DNA of 64,000 nt, taken from assembly GCA_040756875.1 (NCBI GenBank), contig JBFLYH010000002.1:32001-96000 (forward strand), written 5' to 3'. The stretch comes from a candidate division FCPU426 bacterium (GTDB taxonomy: Bacteria; Oederibacteriota; JAAXVQ01; JAUVAV01). Below are positions 61,401-64,000 of the stretch, piece by piece. The position numbers were made by a program, and so were the translations under genes. The notes under the pieces were generated by a model. The model saw nothing but the letters and a program-made list of their open reading frames with translations. It was not told the origin of the DNA and did not search any database. Positions within the stretch are counted from its first letter, which is position 1, and every line of letters starts with the position of its first letter.

Positions 61401-64000
61401 CGAACCCGCCGGCCAGGGTGATGCTGAGCGTGTAATAAAACACGCCCCACAGGGACATGGTGACCAGGCCCACGGTCAGCAGATAGGCCCCGGCCAGCAG
61501 GTAGAGGGCGATTTCCCAGGTCGTGAAGCGCTTGAATTCGCGGCGCACGGCCTGCCAGAAACCGGGCACAACCGGCGGTGCGAAGGATTTGATATGGATG
61601 CCGTCCGCATCCTGCTTGATCTCCAGGTGGTCGGCGTCCACTAGCACGGTCAGGCCCTGCCGGTTCACCACCTGCGAGCGGCTGGATTGGCCGAAGCGCC
61701 GGACCACGGCCTGCCCCTGCGTGCCGGCCTCGCGGGCCGACACGGCGCTGCGGGCGTAAGGAGCGGTCTCGGGATCCGCGGTCAGCAGGCCCAGCAGGCG
61801 CGGCAGGTCCTCGGCCCGCTCTTTGGGCATGACCAGCAGGATTTGGTTGGCCGCGACCACCACGTACCCCTGAAGGTTCTCCACCGAAACCGGAAGGCTG
61901 TCCGAGTACACCACGGTGTTCGTCGTGTTTTGCGTGCGGATCCTGAAATACGCCGGGCCCACGCGCTGCATGCCGCCCTTTTCCGTGGGCTGGGTCAGCA
62001 GGTTCCACTGGTTTTCCTCGTCCCAGGGAAACTCGGCGGGCACGGTCATCAGCCGCAATTCGTCCTGGTCGCCGATGGCTTCCAGCACCGCTTCGTCCAC
62101 GGACAGGGGCCGGACGGCCTCCTCGGCGTACAGTTCGCGCAGGCGCTGGGGAGCGATCCCGTCCGCGCCCGTGGCCTCGGCCAGGCGGGCGGTTTCCGGC
62201 GCATAGGACGCGAAGGCCGCGCGGCCCACGCCCACGTCCACCACGAAGATGCCGGCGTTGACGGCCAGGTTTTCGCGGGCCAGCATTTCCTCCAGCACTT
62301 CGCGGTCCGGTTTCTCGACAAACCCTTCGGCCTTGAAAATGTTGGGGGCGAGCTTGCTCGGCTCGCTCTGCAGGAAATAGCCGTACTTGGTGAGGGGCGT
62401 CTTGACCGGCGCGGCGACGGTCATCCAATGCTTCCCGTTTTGCGCGCCCTTGACCGCCGTGCGCAGGGCGGTTTGGAAATGCTCTTCCTGCTCGGGGATC
62501 ACCTGGTCCGTGGGCAGGAAGATCGCGGTGGCGTCCGCGCCGAAGCGGCGTTCCAGCCAGGCCAGGGCCCTGGCCATGGCCAGGCCCGTGCCCCGGGGCG
62601 CGGGCTCCAGGATGAGGTTTTGGTCGGCCGGAAATCCGGCCGGCAGCGCGGAGATGATGGCCGCGCGGTAGGCTTCGGGCGCGACCACGACCACGCGGTC
62701 CCAACTGATGCCCAGGCGCACCACGCGGGCGATGGTCTTGGCCAAGAGCGTCTCGCCGTCCCGGGAGAACGTCTGCAGCACCTCGGGCAGGTCCGCCTGG
62801 CTGGCGGGCCACAGCCCCGGCGCGCCGCGGCCGCCGATGGGGATCACCACGCAGGCCCGCGACAGATCGGTTTCCTTGACTTGCAGAGGTTTAAGCACGC
62901 GCTCGCGCGAGGCGTTCCAGGCGTCGGTAACGCCGGCCAGCCGGCCGCGCTCCGATTCCACGGAACTCAGGTAATCCATGATGTCTTCCGCGATTTCCGG
63001 CGCGCAGCCCAGGCGCTGCTGAATCTGGCCGCGCGTCAGTTCCTCGCCGGCCAGGACCCAGGCGTGAACCTGCCTGAGCTGGCGTTCGCGCCGGCGCTGG
63101 GCCGGTGACCACAGGGCTGCGGGCAGGGCCGCGAAGTCCAGCACGTGCGCTAAAATCTCGCTCACGATCACCACCGCGGCCAGATGCTGCCAGGTGCCGG
63201 GCCGGTAATCGCGCACTTTCAGGCCCAGGATCGACAGGCCGGCCAGGACCCAACGGTGCGCATATTGCTCATGCGCGCGCACCAATAAGCCGGCGTTGAC
63301 CAGCACCCGGCCGTTCGCGTCCTTGATCTTACCCGAACGCGGATCGAAAGTGGCCACGGGCGTCCACCAGGTGCGGCGGGCCTTGGGCAACTGGCGCCAT
63401 GCCCGGAAAGTATGCACGGCTTTAGGCAGGGCCAGGGCCAGGTACGGCGCGGCCAGCACCAGTAGCAGCGGATGCGCCAAGCCCAGGGCGAACATGGGCA
63501 GGGCCAGGGCCAGGAGGTTGATGACCACGCCGGCCAGGTTCAAGGGTTGCAGGGCGCGCAGCGATTCGTACGCCAGGCCGAGTTCCAGCGGACGGGCGAG
63601 CAGGCGGACCACGCTTTTGCGCAGCAGGAACCCAAACGACGGCGTGCGCGCCTGTTCCTCCAGCCACGGATCGAGCCGCAACGCGGCCTCGGGGGCGGCC
63701 GGGGGCCGGGGCAGCCGCTCGCGGCCCAGCCACAAAGCCGTGCTGCTGCTCGCCACCAGCGCGGAAATGGGGCTGGCGAGCAGCGCGGTGCGCACGAGAT
63801 CGCCGCTGATCAGGACTTTCGGCCTGGCCAGCAGCCGGTTCTTGATCTGGTCCGCGGCCTCGGTTTCCATCATGGCGATGGTGTAGGCATCGTTGAGGTT
63901 CAAGGTGGCCAGGGGGGTCCCGGGGATCCGGCGGTCCCGCCGGCGGATGATCATGGTAAACCCGGTGTTGCGGATGGGCAGGTAGTAGGTGTCCGCCGCG
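28453..64000 (-). CDS. Giant multidomain membrane protein, >11,848 aa, 5'-truncated by the window edge
   Basis: One stop-free frame of more than 35.5 kb. The frame stays open beyond the ATG at 63954 (AADTYYLPIRNTGFT-M) and carries many recognisable domains. Confidence 0.93.
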   Translation of the reverse strand, partial: AADTYYLPIRNTGFTMIIRRRDRRIPGTPLATLNLNDAYTIAMMETEAADQIKNRLLARPKVLISGDLVRTALLASPISALVASSSTALWLGRERLPRPPAAPEAALRLDPWLEEQARTPSFGFLLRKSVVRLLARPLELGLAYESLRALQPLNLAGVVINLLALALPMFALGLAHPLLLVLAAPYLALALPKAVHTFRAWRQLPKARRTWWTPVATFDPRSGKIKDANGRVLVNAGLLVRAHEQYAHRWVLAGLSILGLKVRDYRPGTWQHLAAVVIVSEILAHVLDFAALPAALWSPAQRRRERQLRQVHAWVLAGEELTRGQIQQRLGCAPEIAEDIMDYLSSVESERGRLAGVTDAWNASRERVLKPLQVKETDLSRACVVIPIGGRGAPGLWPASQADLPEVLQTFSRDGETLLAKTIARVVRLGISWDRVVVVAPEAYRAAIISALPAGFPADQNLILEPAPRGTGLAMARALAWLERRFGADATAIFLPTDQVIPEQEEHFQTALRTAVKGAQNGKHWMTVAAPVKTPLTKYGYFLQSEPSKLAPNIFKAEGFVEKPDREVLEEMLARENLAVNAGIFVVDVGVGRAAFASYAPETARLAEATGADGIAPQRLRELYAEEAVRPLSVDEAVLEAIGDQDELRLMTVPAEFPWDEENQWNLLTQPTEKGGMQRVGPAYFRIRTQNTTNTVVYSDSLPVSVENLQGYVVVAANQILLVMPKERAEDLPRLLGLLTADPETAPYARSAVSAREAGTQGQAVVRRFGQSSRSQVVNRQGLTVLVDADHLEIKQDADGIHIKSFAPPVVPGFWQAVRREFKRFTTWEIALYLLAGAYLLTVGLVTMSLWGVFYYTLSITLAGGFVLTLPFVLRTLMLRMDLPQPLEWVMRLRNHPRWGAWVRDLSRPQSMLFITFTTMVLSLLAPLAVLGHLSLGTVALGAFAVILILTPLFALHLIYQRFLSRAVQARELILAGEPLTPANLARRLNWTERTAQRVLEFLASAEAEQSPETAGVEVKKLSSGERVYHRQAVQEPDVSRAYVVIMAGGGGTRLWPVSTGINPKQFRSFSRDGKTMLEKTMDRVVRMGIPKDRILIAARGNFVQQVMDSVPADFPRANIIAQPSNKDTAPATALSLVVGKKRFGDDFTAVFLTSDHVILQEERLQAAILSAIKAAQNRKDWAMIGIQPTFPSTGYGYIQMGSKTKLGTLIREIQGFREKPKRDVAEQFVKSGEFLWSSGMFAVHNRTGIESFQKYTPELWERMERIATAVDTPAEAEVLKREYDQIPKAGAVAVAFVINEQIKPEHEFGSTAVVGDFPWYDEGAWDAMTEKADADGNQRIGPGTDRIVLEGAKRTVVFSDGEPVTVRNLEDYVVVLQDKVVLVMPKNRSDDLKKMVTAVKAEALTEPYVEGTAGKAGLPAERIPADRLQERQDENHNRLSGLVNVLETNYSEVRGTQGLVAVFGAVGLRVAYTEQGLVVEGTDETLQPLNLPGALAALGVNAALVIFAAAHPWALALSLPFFLMAVAKLALVVRIRGRLPKEKRSFFTPVATYNPATGRVQSLQSAGLKETNPIIRAHEQLAHRWAQNLLYLVGVDLNRHPAGSRAYRLWNVWAGEILAHLLDTLAMAGIVLERPLAVLSRVFKPVLANPGVRMVLLLALGVWIALAGAPKIVVSVRDGLGVGTALRYRAEQQNLNQNEMQMILRWMTPNGQGATSSEIIRELMQKTLAENVPLNVELAQSLRMNAFQQRMFDKYKIMVAGAAAQDADIQTKLELMFELLPDRLARYFKFVRVLSSAEGQGNMLDFRGVPKERAGLLLIGEEQLRDFPAFLNTMVDRLGGATAGDNQQLQWMANELLSEFENYDADAGAVYATLYKQRIQTVLQNQRPATNCFLADEDFMGTGHKHWLLHIRGNWISFIGGYSQDGLRQIYETYLGLPSNHLDGLQVIGALPDSAGENIAGWQYGQTIDLGQGQAGSRGSFLNPEADPQKYFENVSVLSETPTHELAHFIHRLLSARLTEEWLQLHKRFSERRYFFSRYAFDAKVNALRVGDPLKESFAETYTAFVHVISRGNVLWDGLNEGLQQKLKFMAALFVVRDKTGDYIFVNGRKTPVSLAADGTLSDAAFKAWVQARNQERISGQGLDLGSVDWDYLERVSGETDWRPDRRAALIAVKHYAVLADAAKTHPEAFAWLTGTTPAETGRMVDWLRAAHGFYQGFTKALEAKHESLLGLQLGFSLEVARQDPQAALVMLQNQFFRLLSNPRNPPIHLLAVVQGESGPEWQVQLATYRAMGEPERFQGADAFAKAQAWVQAHSLAAQKAETTADIMQRRQEVKPFSSSEVTAQEQRLAALLKTPGAVEQTAALLDRWLLTQQREGSYGGLQTGASDRLKKMFATHGRKSFSEMAAVLQQLTYWGGFDYIGAMKQYFGDERFYQEMLLPANRAAVFKASKNNHVYMSSYAGRLQNLVLDAVGQEVVRHHVYQYLQTQGEYQTLAELGFKLLYSAVNSGKSSLYAEQSLVELLKTLNPEMGRQIIGDYLSFHFLNETEYAKVRKLVSQTGLPALQAALDAEVAKQAPREIVVSTAPRYLTALGAFITSFISFLGTGLSAVALGLGFGGLTGLLSLGLGFGTAALVFGLVGSVLTPLVGVPFAVMGVMIARTRGLAGEAALTEAQRQRLIPEWLAADVVDARGLSKEMRPGEIAAYADRSISPKEIAGKLVADLARISYLPALLQRLILIHEQAHRTQDLAREKQGRAPSGRLAGELYAYGTQIRALLRLAGEAVLQALASLRLPGSGLRTAVSRTAGLGRQGEGVLAGVLTGVAGEAVLDRALRNAAAAAGWLLQPGQALLALAQAAPEKIADVVRALWTRQALASRSLEDAESRRAAPVREQLAAYLAHAERLFSVRTAPVQNRRLNARTLSINLLERNQAPAGVDTDADLARVGAFHLLGGVYLTQEAFNRLTTREAAAVILHEALETLGLSHEAAVEAVLEVTGFTNEALIAAAGLEVPDRVAELQAKDYYRRLEQGSDAPAEEIKSAFRQQARALHPDLHPDDPEAGRLFQLVNEAYEVLSDPAKRAFYDQWLAYRRGGGDLAFENYAQRDFAAWAADRGAQTGFDWGAWAAAGVQQASAAPSAPEAAAVWGTVREAPASQVWAAFIGQNADAGRVRIRTAEEWRDIERELLRREHATAAEKQRAARDFRAAWADVPEKTWQEFISPRSPYSLHTNLFFHRQQQQARVMALFDQGAETLGADEVAEALGLERFRAEALLAAMTRAELLGVVEAIGGLRYAPRDRSGVQPDANSVRNRNLELIHSPGFRSLVLEGTHFGQGQVAVNGLADARGRIISLGPVQNVAPILGEQEWAGRLFSFVIYVKSGGPSAMPAYSLWTAANLPAESKQRLAQTLAAANARREQDQARLPLSVLTPAMRRLVAAYALAAAGESDAAVQMLRDLQTPEVTPAMAAAFLRVRDASLIAEDEQFMRIADQFREALAEDPAYDQYFGEAPKDAAWTWLAGGLGSPLDVLEHLARQARRALPLSSAFLGEPAEVILERALRNAAATLDMMIRPGRALLVLTRLPQRKVAQLLGALFATQALHALPLQQADRARGPRITEEWLGFVQTAQRKYQSRPQGRRLAKAVADPGALHLMVRQARTRPAATDDDLERLGAFHLDGKCFLAARTLARVQDREAAAILFHEWLEDQGFTHAEARDLVLSVTGYQHDWLVAHAGLSLAPVTLTVSSPLLYFFLQSTGLAVGLSVALVAGLGLLFWAGALSLSAAIPLAVLLVAGLWIARRLMPLTQQTSARRIVAPQPAKYKHPAVDQLMHEVMPQLSDVLRHTEEPPARIPDGLKQKVFELSRQMHRVAPGLFNVLFEYLENPQPEQEARMMEARASLNRLLAQFGYYLLEMRLKPDVAGEEAAPMLFPFSITQRVDRGQLAGRALEFWRLKSLIDTALLPPFTGLLLEDFKHPAMLEDAIRKDARVVYAALSQKRQYVYSRLDPAAPTQGVYRLKTPNQEVIGLANRLFAWEFEGLSEEEIYELLARVTEEHEVQHAVDLSLELLSGWGTLGFAAWKEFSAYGAEFIVHGLSYSLTSIFDLAISGDLGAVKLLLGLDEVERTGELTDFETRTYTPAELEDAYLRLGEKLLREGEPALRDLRAGMKRVFETVYETDYVRAGAKRWLPADDPARRLLPLNLPGALMSFLLAVGLVAAAWMLPGLLAIAIPYLTMASAKLLFTFSQWRQLPAAGRSWATPVATYNPNTGTIMRSVNGVPESHWIVWAHEVYAHRWAQKLLSWFGLDLRRTRPGTFAHLLVNRILAEGLAHILDWVAGPLTVFWESIPTLPSDTYLHWIRQLGDADPGTRFQAFHGLLNQQNPALIRPLLWNRNPLIRGNAVLLWTYLASRRQTKKAFETATVELLQLLDRETSWLNAHLLLNGLQLLGAAAPDRVAQLAAFQPNGSAPVRTLLDQLVEQAGKDGRLAGIAAISEETGLLAANQLMTGEALEGLRVWYHPRELSQAQAEEYERQLRAGLLEQGIVVPEQLRLFQPVSGQQLAGLLTSDTLLYTPGRGWLPSRAAAAGLPVAARAARSALLAGWEDGSLSPGEKNLLQRIQAVLAAQRQYDLVVLRLNQVEEMLLANLESKGLVNLRRDPNRAVTSVSPLWIAAPVELAVNDDLSRSAVLTDEGVDLAVELGPETTAEAPAMQRLQAVHLGDSLEFRFEQSSDRPVRVVLSFVQQNRTVEETVVELPSQRAGRFTLPISRLRGLTIDQLNAALEDPGRGVAVALSAFSVQTRQQPYRRQFADTSAWFDRRLETRLPRERISLGGLLGRMAWWLALSVAAGFLTANPLVFGALYSFFLVEFSKVVFAFEEWRKLDATSRLLNAPLGTYVPATRQFYDNHGRVVRDGNWVMFAFDGLARRWAVRGLKALGLPLDRFTPGTVRYRLVNGWLTRLLAQALLAPALVIALGRLFSARQDRARFTLFDTPHWLGELETVMVRENNRGRPLVPFTIRLQEIFDTDNYIPYVELKRRIIEALRTDLADVPDDALVYLSMQFPEIPEQARDRHKFKHRILIAPKFSLAQAIETVGAYEVDQGVGGALFIWEFTRYESAAGTRVQIEHQGLGRSLQGRGLLYSAYAAFVDMLGQLYPGEPAGILAAHPGAVRLFASFFDQARPASPADEQKTPRWGDPAYWLGLIPRAARAPNLLLHAIGSQEAQARIIPGRLGDSLRLAVMNHRAETAHLTLVYYRKGQKVGESAFDLGAGFVGRISVDTSAWQGVNVDQIGVSMPTAGDCHLYGFMTAEGGQTRGLRVTRRSRAEGAAPAAAETHPALSWSRWLLAAGAFTLAVALPLAAYVLGFFSLAVAGSAALGAVMVLALLLFYRWQSRPAPAEPAGVVRELALDFSADVPGADRKRIQRAVEGKRLLERSIRLALPSGARVQRIGPDVKITPTGGGAFKRAYRVETQVTFANGEQRQVDVAFKVPRRLVGWVALLQPRIRQLWLQGHPNMPSFHFVDQGIMAEEFIHGRSLDQVQEASPAVNGSVPRLAVRSYLTVLKYLRDRTGINWVLFDPKPENMILPDEPGAEPKLVDRDGLLPMPFRRQPFSQVMYYSAFYGPKRLAVTSRMRGLFAPLIALFPVFFAFRVRPDNAIFDGVMDALGPVEGRAYLEEAWGSVSARLTRASDFTQALGRYLETGLPEYLRATGFAGTDMEIQPGRIPVLPRRPDVAAPAAQIGELLDSSSVLKLIRGISAIEARADEIAEADLAQYTERLLMLMEPYRGRVAMAAYHTLTAVLPRLSPAQQKAVRKKLAKHDRFALLSVSTFEGRLTRLHDFLFTHPGIRALLLRRGGAVVNDIGLGGPVPVTTAELATRLRRMNPQTRLVGSDVLIPAYQVQAANGLFAYFGQDGNLLGLYDDKGNPTRSTAWARRFRSAFAQFRVQPAKPQTGFTFQPDPYRAYAEKYGFEIQQSSFGETAPAEVKLCFNTLYFYAGRESEIIERMGQDLNEGGYLVTGHSLSAWRGPGKAYDLQLAVYRKENGRIVPQSVHIIAGNRRFDLPAQGLTIQETEELTWQGYEITLGLRAAQEGREVAQVALPELHAVEAESVAAPAPAGLAEREMARIQEILAPLRGLYPHVPVLQKGFEALARLDLQTPQAREFLVNELARMDRTSSGYSLGRIVHEGERFTLGYAVKMLMAHFSGPERMYPEYEGMTPERFDAMLQRVLAETGRTLSPAEQEEVTRFKKVLAAIPGALREITSDVRYPNLCGPCAQEISNLLKQEGFTARKLSFPLRFESESVVETQVAGLTFYLDGTAGRVLRFDDQPIAPVVVPASDLQTRPESVPAYLFQPAEALKGYLHLDEPEPRLLNVVSAVKQALQEKIAAQQLARPPTVQRPGTPTLELSFWERHLPWVPKGLRPFGEELIFRVAPMLLFHLGYLSPLAAGIGLAVFGGAFLVAHRDKGWTTRQWLAAAGVTFVLSAAYFGASVGLSQANLPLTGGLAGFLASSLIHSLNNWVARTFPNLNWPVLALEGKGMEGAEAGVLEPKTGTPDSKKTVWGKLGASFTALLAETLLVTTAPDVARPQLEARLPERSPPARDSLASLRQPEGLTAVVAGDSAQAARPEEIPALLASSEAGDIVRGVVGIEWRRGELGRGEREAYAYTLINLLLHTNLRVVMSAWHALNVLAPGLEDPALQQLAQDKLEAFREAATVRLITEPGRLSAVWGFLARFPGIRALLERPAGAVINDIGIGGPEPVTTAELSALAKSINPANQVIGADLFLPAFMLRNKATGWFAYFDQRGNFIQAYTPRGIPADGLAGEYSDVYQRFASSLELQQTYEMVFRPVQYFASQNGFSVQVASFGEGIKADIKTCFNVMYMNPGKEAEIVRTMGKDLAEGGYLLTGKTQNEQGLAFACFVLYQKQAGEVRPLSFYLLDAEAQFEFSLAETGWTVAQAERLTAEMPGAFTHLLYTESFHGLQTRVQETPLKPRAPGESASVELELSFWERHLPWVPKGLRPFGEELIFRVAPMLLFHLGVLSPLAAGIGLAVFGGAFLVAHRDQGWTTRQWLAAGGMTLLLGAVYFAVSFGLSQANLPLTGGLAAFLASSLIHSLNNWVARTFPNLKWPVLALPALGGTIRRLVSAEVDFKSFTAAKRAAAVALVAERLADPRFAVVARARQSALALLNINDLRALLTPEQQAALEHALARQAYQGFINLSTQPNRLQALNQFLATDAMLGGLLRKPGRRVVENIGLGGQEPSTVAELAETVHSLNPQALVVGSDILVPEWSITDAANERFAYYDENGGLMGVFRISTGGAVTEQDDLAFFASLKPGRQLPEGYTANHRPLQTYAAEHGFKIARAAFGRGISADMKLVFNMLYMYPRQKADLIADMGQDLREGGVLLVGEEETYESRDGMVSRIFFTVYEKRRGRLQPQRTVMLGPEGPYEMPAGHLDIAAAEKQTENLIMAHMMHDSGRWPWLQKWYSRVEARASRVLGQRLGRVMGRALFPAAVESGLFVGVLSLAGAFLLSLAFGLPFALGPPFWAAFGILQAAWHLGHMPWQARARTPVRAFIQQHWRPLFSLPLLRITGLTGLALATLQVLVNPTGYLFAGLALAVMVGVHALANLVAGPKAGLAFLVQPQDQAGGRTFAAAFWESVRLIFGIAVVPVAEIQTRPGETPRFLRDQEATQAPLRQVEAQAQAAQPAMEFNAAAAEVKRISDRWDWLSYEERAAAVATLRQLLFHPSFGIIARARTAATQMLIKPALRRLLTPQQIRELEQSLADQPFQGFININTRPNRLDLLWRFLGRERSLRRMLSRRNNVVVENIGLGGPVPVTVANLSAAVHALNPEAMVKGSDVLVPAWSVTDAQTGEFAYYDQAGRFLAGFQSGGTTVYDESRLQEMSEWFQRHQAGTLSANLRVVEQPFAAFAAANGFEVVQASFGQNVPADLKICFNVLYMYKDQREQRILQMGQDVREGGYLLTGDEEDQRMFLTMYQKTQGRLVPRDSFMLAPGGEVTRVPAGALSINEAEEQTQRMLLTYYLNKKATRGRWPWLAGWYDRVEAGASRVLGKHLGWVAGQALVPAAVESGLFVGALSLAGAFLLSLAFGLPFALGPPFWATFGVLQVAWHLGHMPWQARGGIAVRAFVQQHWRPLFSLPLLRITSLTGLALATLQLLLNPTGYLFAGLALAVIVGTHAVVNLVGGPKAGFAFVVQPQARETEAYAFLNSTFGGQVLQLAGQLEKTGPLAAAVAAGQLFTEAEVFDGLLNRLGLGRQAANRRLAVEQRQWEHELADAIDGLFADPQYAELLRGYEAREVKGWLQVREADPKLVDRLSGPGRELFELINRGTMFPVFEGQEIQYLFISGERLRFFRERLGNAFPDGLRYLLLHELLSLREGHEAAVARLRAFDWPREVHYEHLARLATTAPHAKTVVELTVESRLTLRMEQAARQALENPRHPWRQRLDEAIRQAGSVRKVLQTMCMSMSVGGIGPLLRDRLEDLAVDPGIRRVVSVAPLYQKVWMQQVKTLGEAGVTYPEFSLQQVTTGDVLRSALRPAPDPEHPGQQLVLEVPLYDQRLRKVRVWEDYDQDTDSVTYYLDDFDPAETEPNVFDVAYAGSADKHGAERFQKDPEWERKKRIEMEQSYLIGRGYLALLAKLGINPDTVIVSEMSAGTFALPALVQDEFQETLGRAKFVFNDHTPLEYAHMKESKGFLERYRLNPDLLRLALEGDTIHITGMIAALAHGLYGVAKLHAQTMRTMPTYRRVRDKVVSITNGVNLKFWQWPGFRGWARQSDEQLVAEKAKARSAMQDLLVENCGLDAGWKERVAGMRFFHWTRRVVDYKQLKKLYQLLADDSLREQFLKEDMVMVFGGRVHEDDQGSQKLVQAFLNLINAHPALRDRVLFFPNFNTMDMRTLAAGMDGTVMGSNEGREASATGFMKDLANGTVVIASPDGAIPEFCVYRGQEADYPGQFPAGTRFSQDQFNSFLLPYDTTDPDDGNRRSFTPQALMRAFQQANAELRRPGGQARLLRASLGQSEAISTQRVAREMVEYLHYLDRQDQERELHLAEGRGQAQALALQLGPAQLERLSVQGRFEPFAWSFYNVDRREEVGRSPAANLNGLVDGFERLLEEKSPLVDQVMLFNAQGDDNYNQRHRGGYLLGYLASLLADPTGGTANRQVLGYLNGLAEQTETARIKGDRAEMIRLQYLAMGFAAGLLGSQQEYRRATPLTRPLLERATLGYYGIPPLRVLGAVLATLAFGASLAWFFGPGTRAFFGIWLALTLLTLLASYGPRFLYYYARLARPATPALTNSSVYRRLQDVLEEVERNGRLPEGYRRPIFRVLPEQSLSSRFTQGLRLGSSETVAQQPIIYVHKHFDALDRSFQLAILRYLIYEAAGQGYWRATAQAVFSFLESAGYLQYPSIQRLLRGRAFNLLASPLPLAVVLGAAALWLFGGPVVTMGRLIGTAILASGLALIGHTTRFFLQQYRSRLRPELPAVPPVKRHYLAQRIEAALISPTERQLQQSLELLNRPKKIQIVFNDHQPMGSDQSESAWARFHGLRTYYPTFAAMYDPALRGAKLTVNLSASLVDQLRNQVRAAETWLWEPLADVNERRAAEGWTEEQAQTARATIIGQFLDESGKEGATAVDPLYRLTVKPFSDWTADDLFLALKMDRAVERNLVQEVPAYRRLRETLLLDYLQFLAEGYKTGMPEGMAALLAVENPAERVERFIQAGYFDAPGILREYVKQRLAGEEQGLAFKAQVKGLLLGQAAAWIDPSLRPAGTVLLGLNRAGEPVTHTVNFSYWYTSQTDLPALARDEAVCLAFARDQTRVLSMIAPAARLVAVNTVVEAADRDQISFGLAVRREDARREALGLLPLSATGQVELAAAAPHLIYPVVTDQNSALQAAGGSDQYAVDFKHPEMAEFALDYMTALMEDFFDMPFYSLWPGEDGLDEDTLRRLHAHGIRNVFVTETFLQQLLKMHQGQIAPLDDQAGFYYQWEAEGIQHKITLYPQSAKDVARDELGDARGKSAGLSAALILAYDHLLRPRPGWGPRQHAPEYENKARQLGLPSQFEISFMIDGERSAPFFRQVGQEGGWLYFWKQVFTLLNRTNPSPDYRGEDFQDMEMSLPAQQHLRTRLLEQQGRQVRAAVNRTGASSRLGSFSRWAGNTPEQRKAWALTDAVIKAFGAAGVDTRYRDQPVIYPQDYTQLAWYYLLQAVNSDFWWWLDSANRYHPDIDYTHRRLLALAVENARMAGYNVQLPETLQVGDETLALRSRQKGRLAEVLPAILGPEHATDAEEPKDVVLLSRTQLLNRDRRGLTPQILPRPPSEPARIRSDQPVTEEEIRVNELLGRLKQLDAELAQAAKLSVARWQDLGAGISPQLSAVYANLNQVQEDSGLWAYIRTRAWEEQRIEHWDTLRQKQYLEDNSARLAADYLRLMSLDQNGLELQHQALLEASGQAVLPQELLDKLDERFALQQLLQQVAQDLNSEQAAVRAPAPAAGGRWPWLQGWYDRMEQRAAQRGQPRWGRFLGQALLPALVESGWFVGALTLASHLLLVWAFGLPLAMGPPFWALFGLFQLAWHLLHAVGAKDAAGRPLAWRAALGLAFSAPLVRITGLTGVLLAALQLGLNPSGLLFAGLFVPLVSAAHLLVNLEGNRALDWREWGRRVRRGALKLAFRLLHAGQPITIYADFNETITLPRSEQGFSLRDIAAVSIRNPEERETFTTAYNQARQRFDAEVSAPAYRNYLAVLKDRLTLGHLRRQAASWQLNGRFLELTDRLRVATGAKDIQVAVRSRSSEQSLQMFFNRGEINRTLETRGVVVSEVRGNRLVFNTRGVFTGEVIEDDLQPLIADNKNQLVPEDGLFLGDAKDQPHGYRYFVDPNADSNPEAVIEAWMASEVRNRLARPFQGIRLALAAWIRTWRPLAARAGEDSTSYQQLVSASRLVSLPRRMEIIADVEKILVKHQASLDDIRAPQEMEANWSGRLQNRVRRMVVEMRELVRKVDSEDLKAMPAGLRPAFWDWVLLTLLYRHDQGFTFSHSWEVGNLAAEMAAVYGLVNRAPAYGPAAVELFRRGGWLHDAGKLLLPPALLLRLDPLSPEEKSLLRSHARLGEMLLSAFGYKPEILQSTNHHEWLNGRGYPRGLRRTALSGVSRAISVADFVNAAQMRRASRPQLTALEHELLTLANDGLPRYDFRWVNTLRIASRVSAPLGNQALFDMFSTREILQPERPGALAVSPGAVLLQALGAALAGLFFGFALLQDPALTTLSLAGAVSGLALVGVQLPRLLMRRRVLGSKLPPLTNEALAARRESLLAYLERQGGLPAGFAPERIRFEVLPDARPRFWQRLLLGQVQRVGGDLVVRVHPQANALSLPELALLLRHEIWEGYTGSHWRASLAEYGSRWFGRTGTIQPVSAARRAAGQEDDVSPNAFPLGLGRELPGPVPEAIASVQAERAWVEAPNQPLTPRLSAGSRLLVSFFRRLMFPARLTPVAAAVSLLAAGMGLARGLAWLIAGTRAESGLEVDAAHPAVQALLRRHGLPDDTTLRLAGAQRLRLQPLPVRALDAANRRSLPVSRRWLGGLVERGNRSVVAAPEFLLRNLMQGPPEEVNTMRDAWQLGRYRAYQYWLDVVVSQAGADQQERGRMDLLLAALLRGFGRGDAAAADLPVLRNLLKLAVRLPAGLNLRIHRSLRRSQPEAYLNELLAEDTSPLAQALRDREADAGRAYRFFALAPTPETQYRLLETLVELLQAQPAEALDAGLNTLERLARMPELAGERIGLRQDGRPVLVPGLFLAPGYRSLWLALQERLRLAPVTLDERKFRPELRRLRRTPGSAA
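30330..30875 (-). other. HD-GYP domain in giant ORF
   Basis: TFSHSWEV, LHDAGK, H..LG, HHEWLNGRGYPRGL, ISVAD. Confidence 0.88.
31320..31908 (-). other. HAD-superfamily domain in giant ORF
   Basis: ADFNETIT (motif I variant), RS, GNRL..GVFTG, NK, FLGDAKD. Confidence 0.65.
33215..35380 (-). other. GH57 (amylopullulanase-like) domain in giant ORF
   Basis: HQP, NLSASLVDQL, GQVEL...HLIYP, LWPGE, DGE, FSRWAG, SDFWWW. Confidence 0.85.
36820..38535 (-). other. GT35 alpha-glucan phosphorylase-like domain in giant ORF
   Basis: GGIG, HTP, GVAKLH, ITNGV, RRVVDYK, FGGRVH, EASATGFMK (PLP-lysine motif), DG..PE. Confidence 0.85.
39330..41559 (-). repeat. In-frame ~505-bp direct repeat pair (39330-39834 and 41055-41559) encoding a TM module; a diverged third copy at ~32005-32463
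   Basis: GRWPWL..WY.R.E...PAAVESGLFVG...WHLGH...H..vNL; long identical DNA runs at an offset of 1725 nt. Confidence 0.92.
39880..46545 (-). other. Four CheR-like class I SAM methyltransferase-like domains (~39880-40625, 41600-42350, 43130-43860, 45800-46545)
   Basis: (D/N)IG(L/I)GG..P.T..(E/N)L, G(S/A)D, FAY(F/Y), K..FN..Y.., MG.D..EGG.L..G in each copy. Confidence 0.7.
42595..44787 (-). repeat. In-frame ~393-bp direct repeat pair (42595-42987 and 44395-44787) encoding a CPBP/CAAX-protease-like module
   Basis: ELSFWERHLPWVPKGLRPFGEELIFR...FLVAH...IHSLNN occurs twice; near-identical DNA at an offset of exactly 1800 nt. Confidence 0.93.
47150..47645 (-). other. Protein-kinase-like domain in giant ORF
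   Basis: GGGAFKRAY (Gly loop), VAFK, HPNMP, EEFIHG, DPKPENM, LVDRD. Confidence 0.8.
54739..54936 (-). other. DnaJ J-domain in giant ORF
   Basis: DYY...EIKSAFR...HPD...FQLVNEAYEVLSDPAKRAFYD. Confidence 0.93.
57700..58250 (-). other. Zincin metallopeptidase-like domain in giant ORF
   Basis: HELAH followed by SRYA and ESFAE. Confidence 0.75.
59550..60880 (-). other. Mannose-1-phosphate guanylyltransferase-like domain, intact motifs
   Basis: IMAGGGGTRLWPVS...PKQF, DTAPA, SDH, TGYGYI, FREKP, WSSGMF, WYDEG. Confidence 0.9.
61590..62860 (-). other. Mannose-1-phosphate guanylyltransferase-like domain, degenerate motifs
   Basis: IPIGGRGAPGLWPAS...PEVL, EP..RGT, PTDQ, YGY, FVEKP, NAGIF, SVDEAVLE. 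Confidence 0.85.
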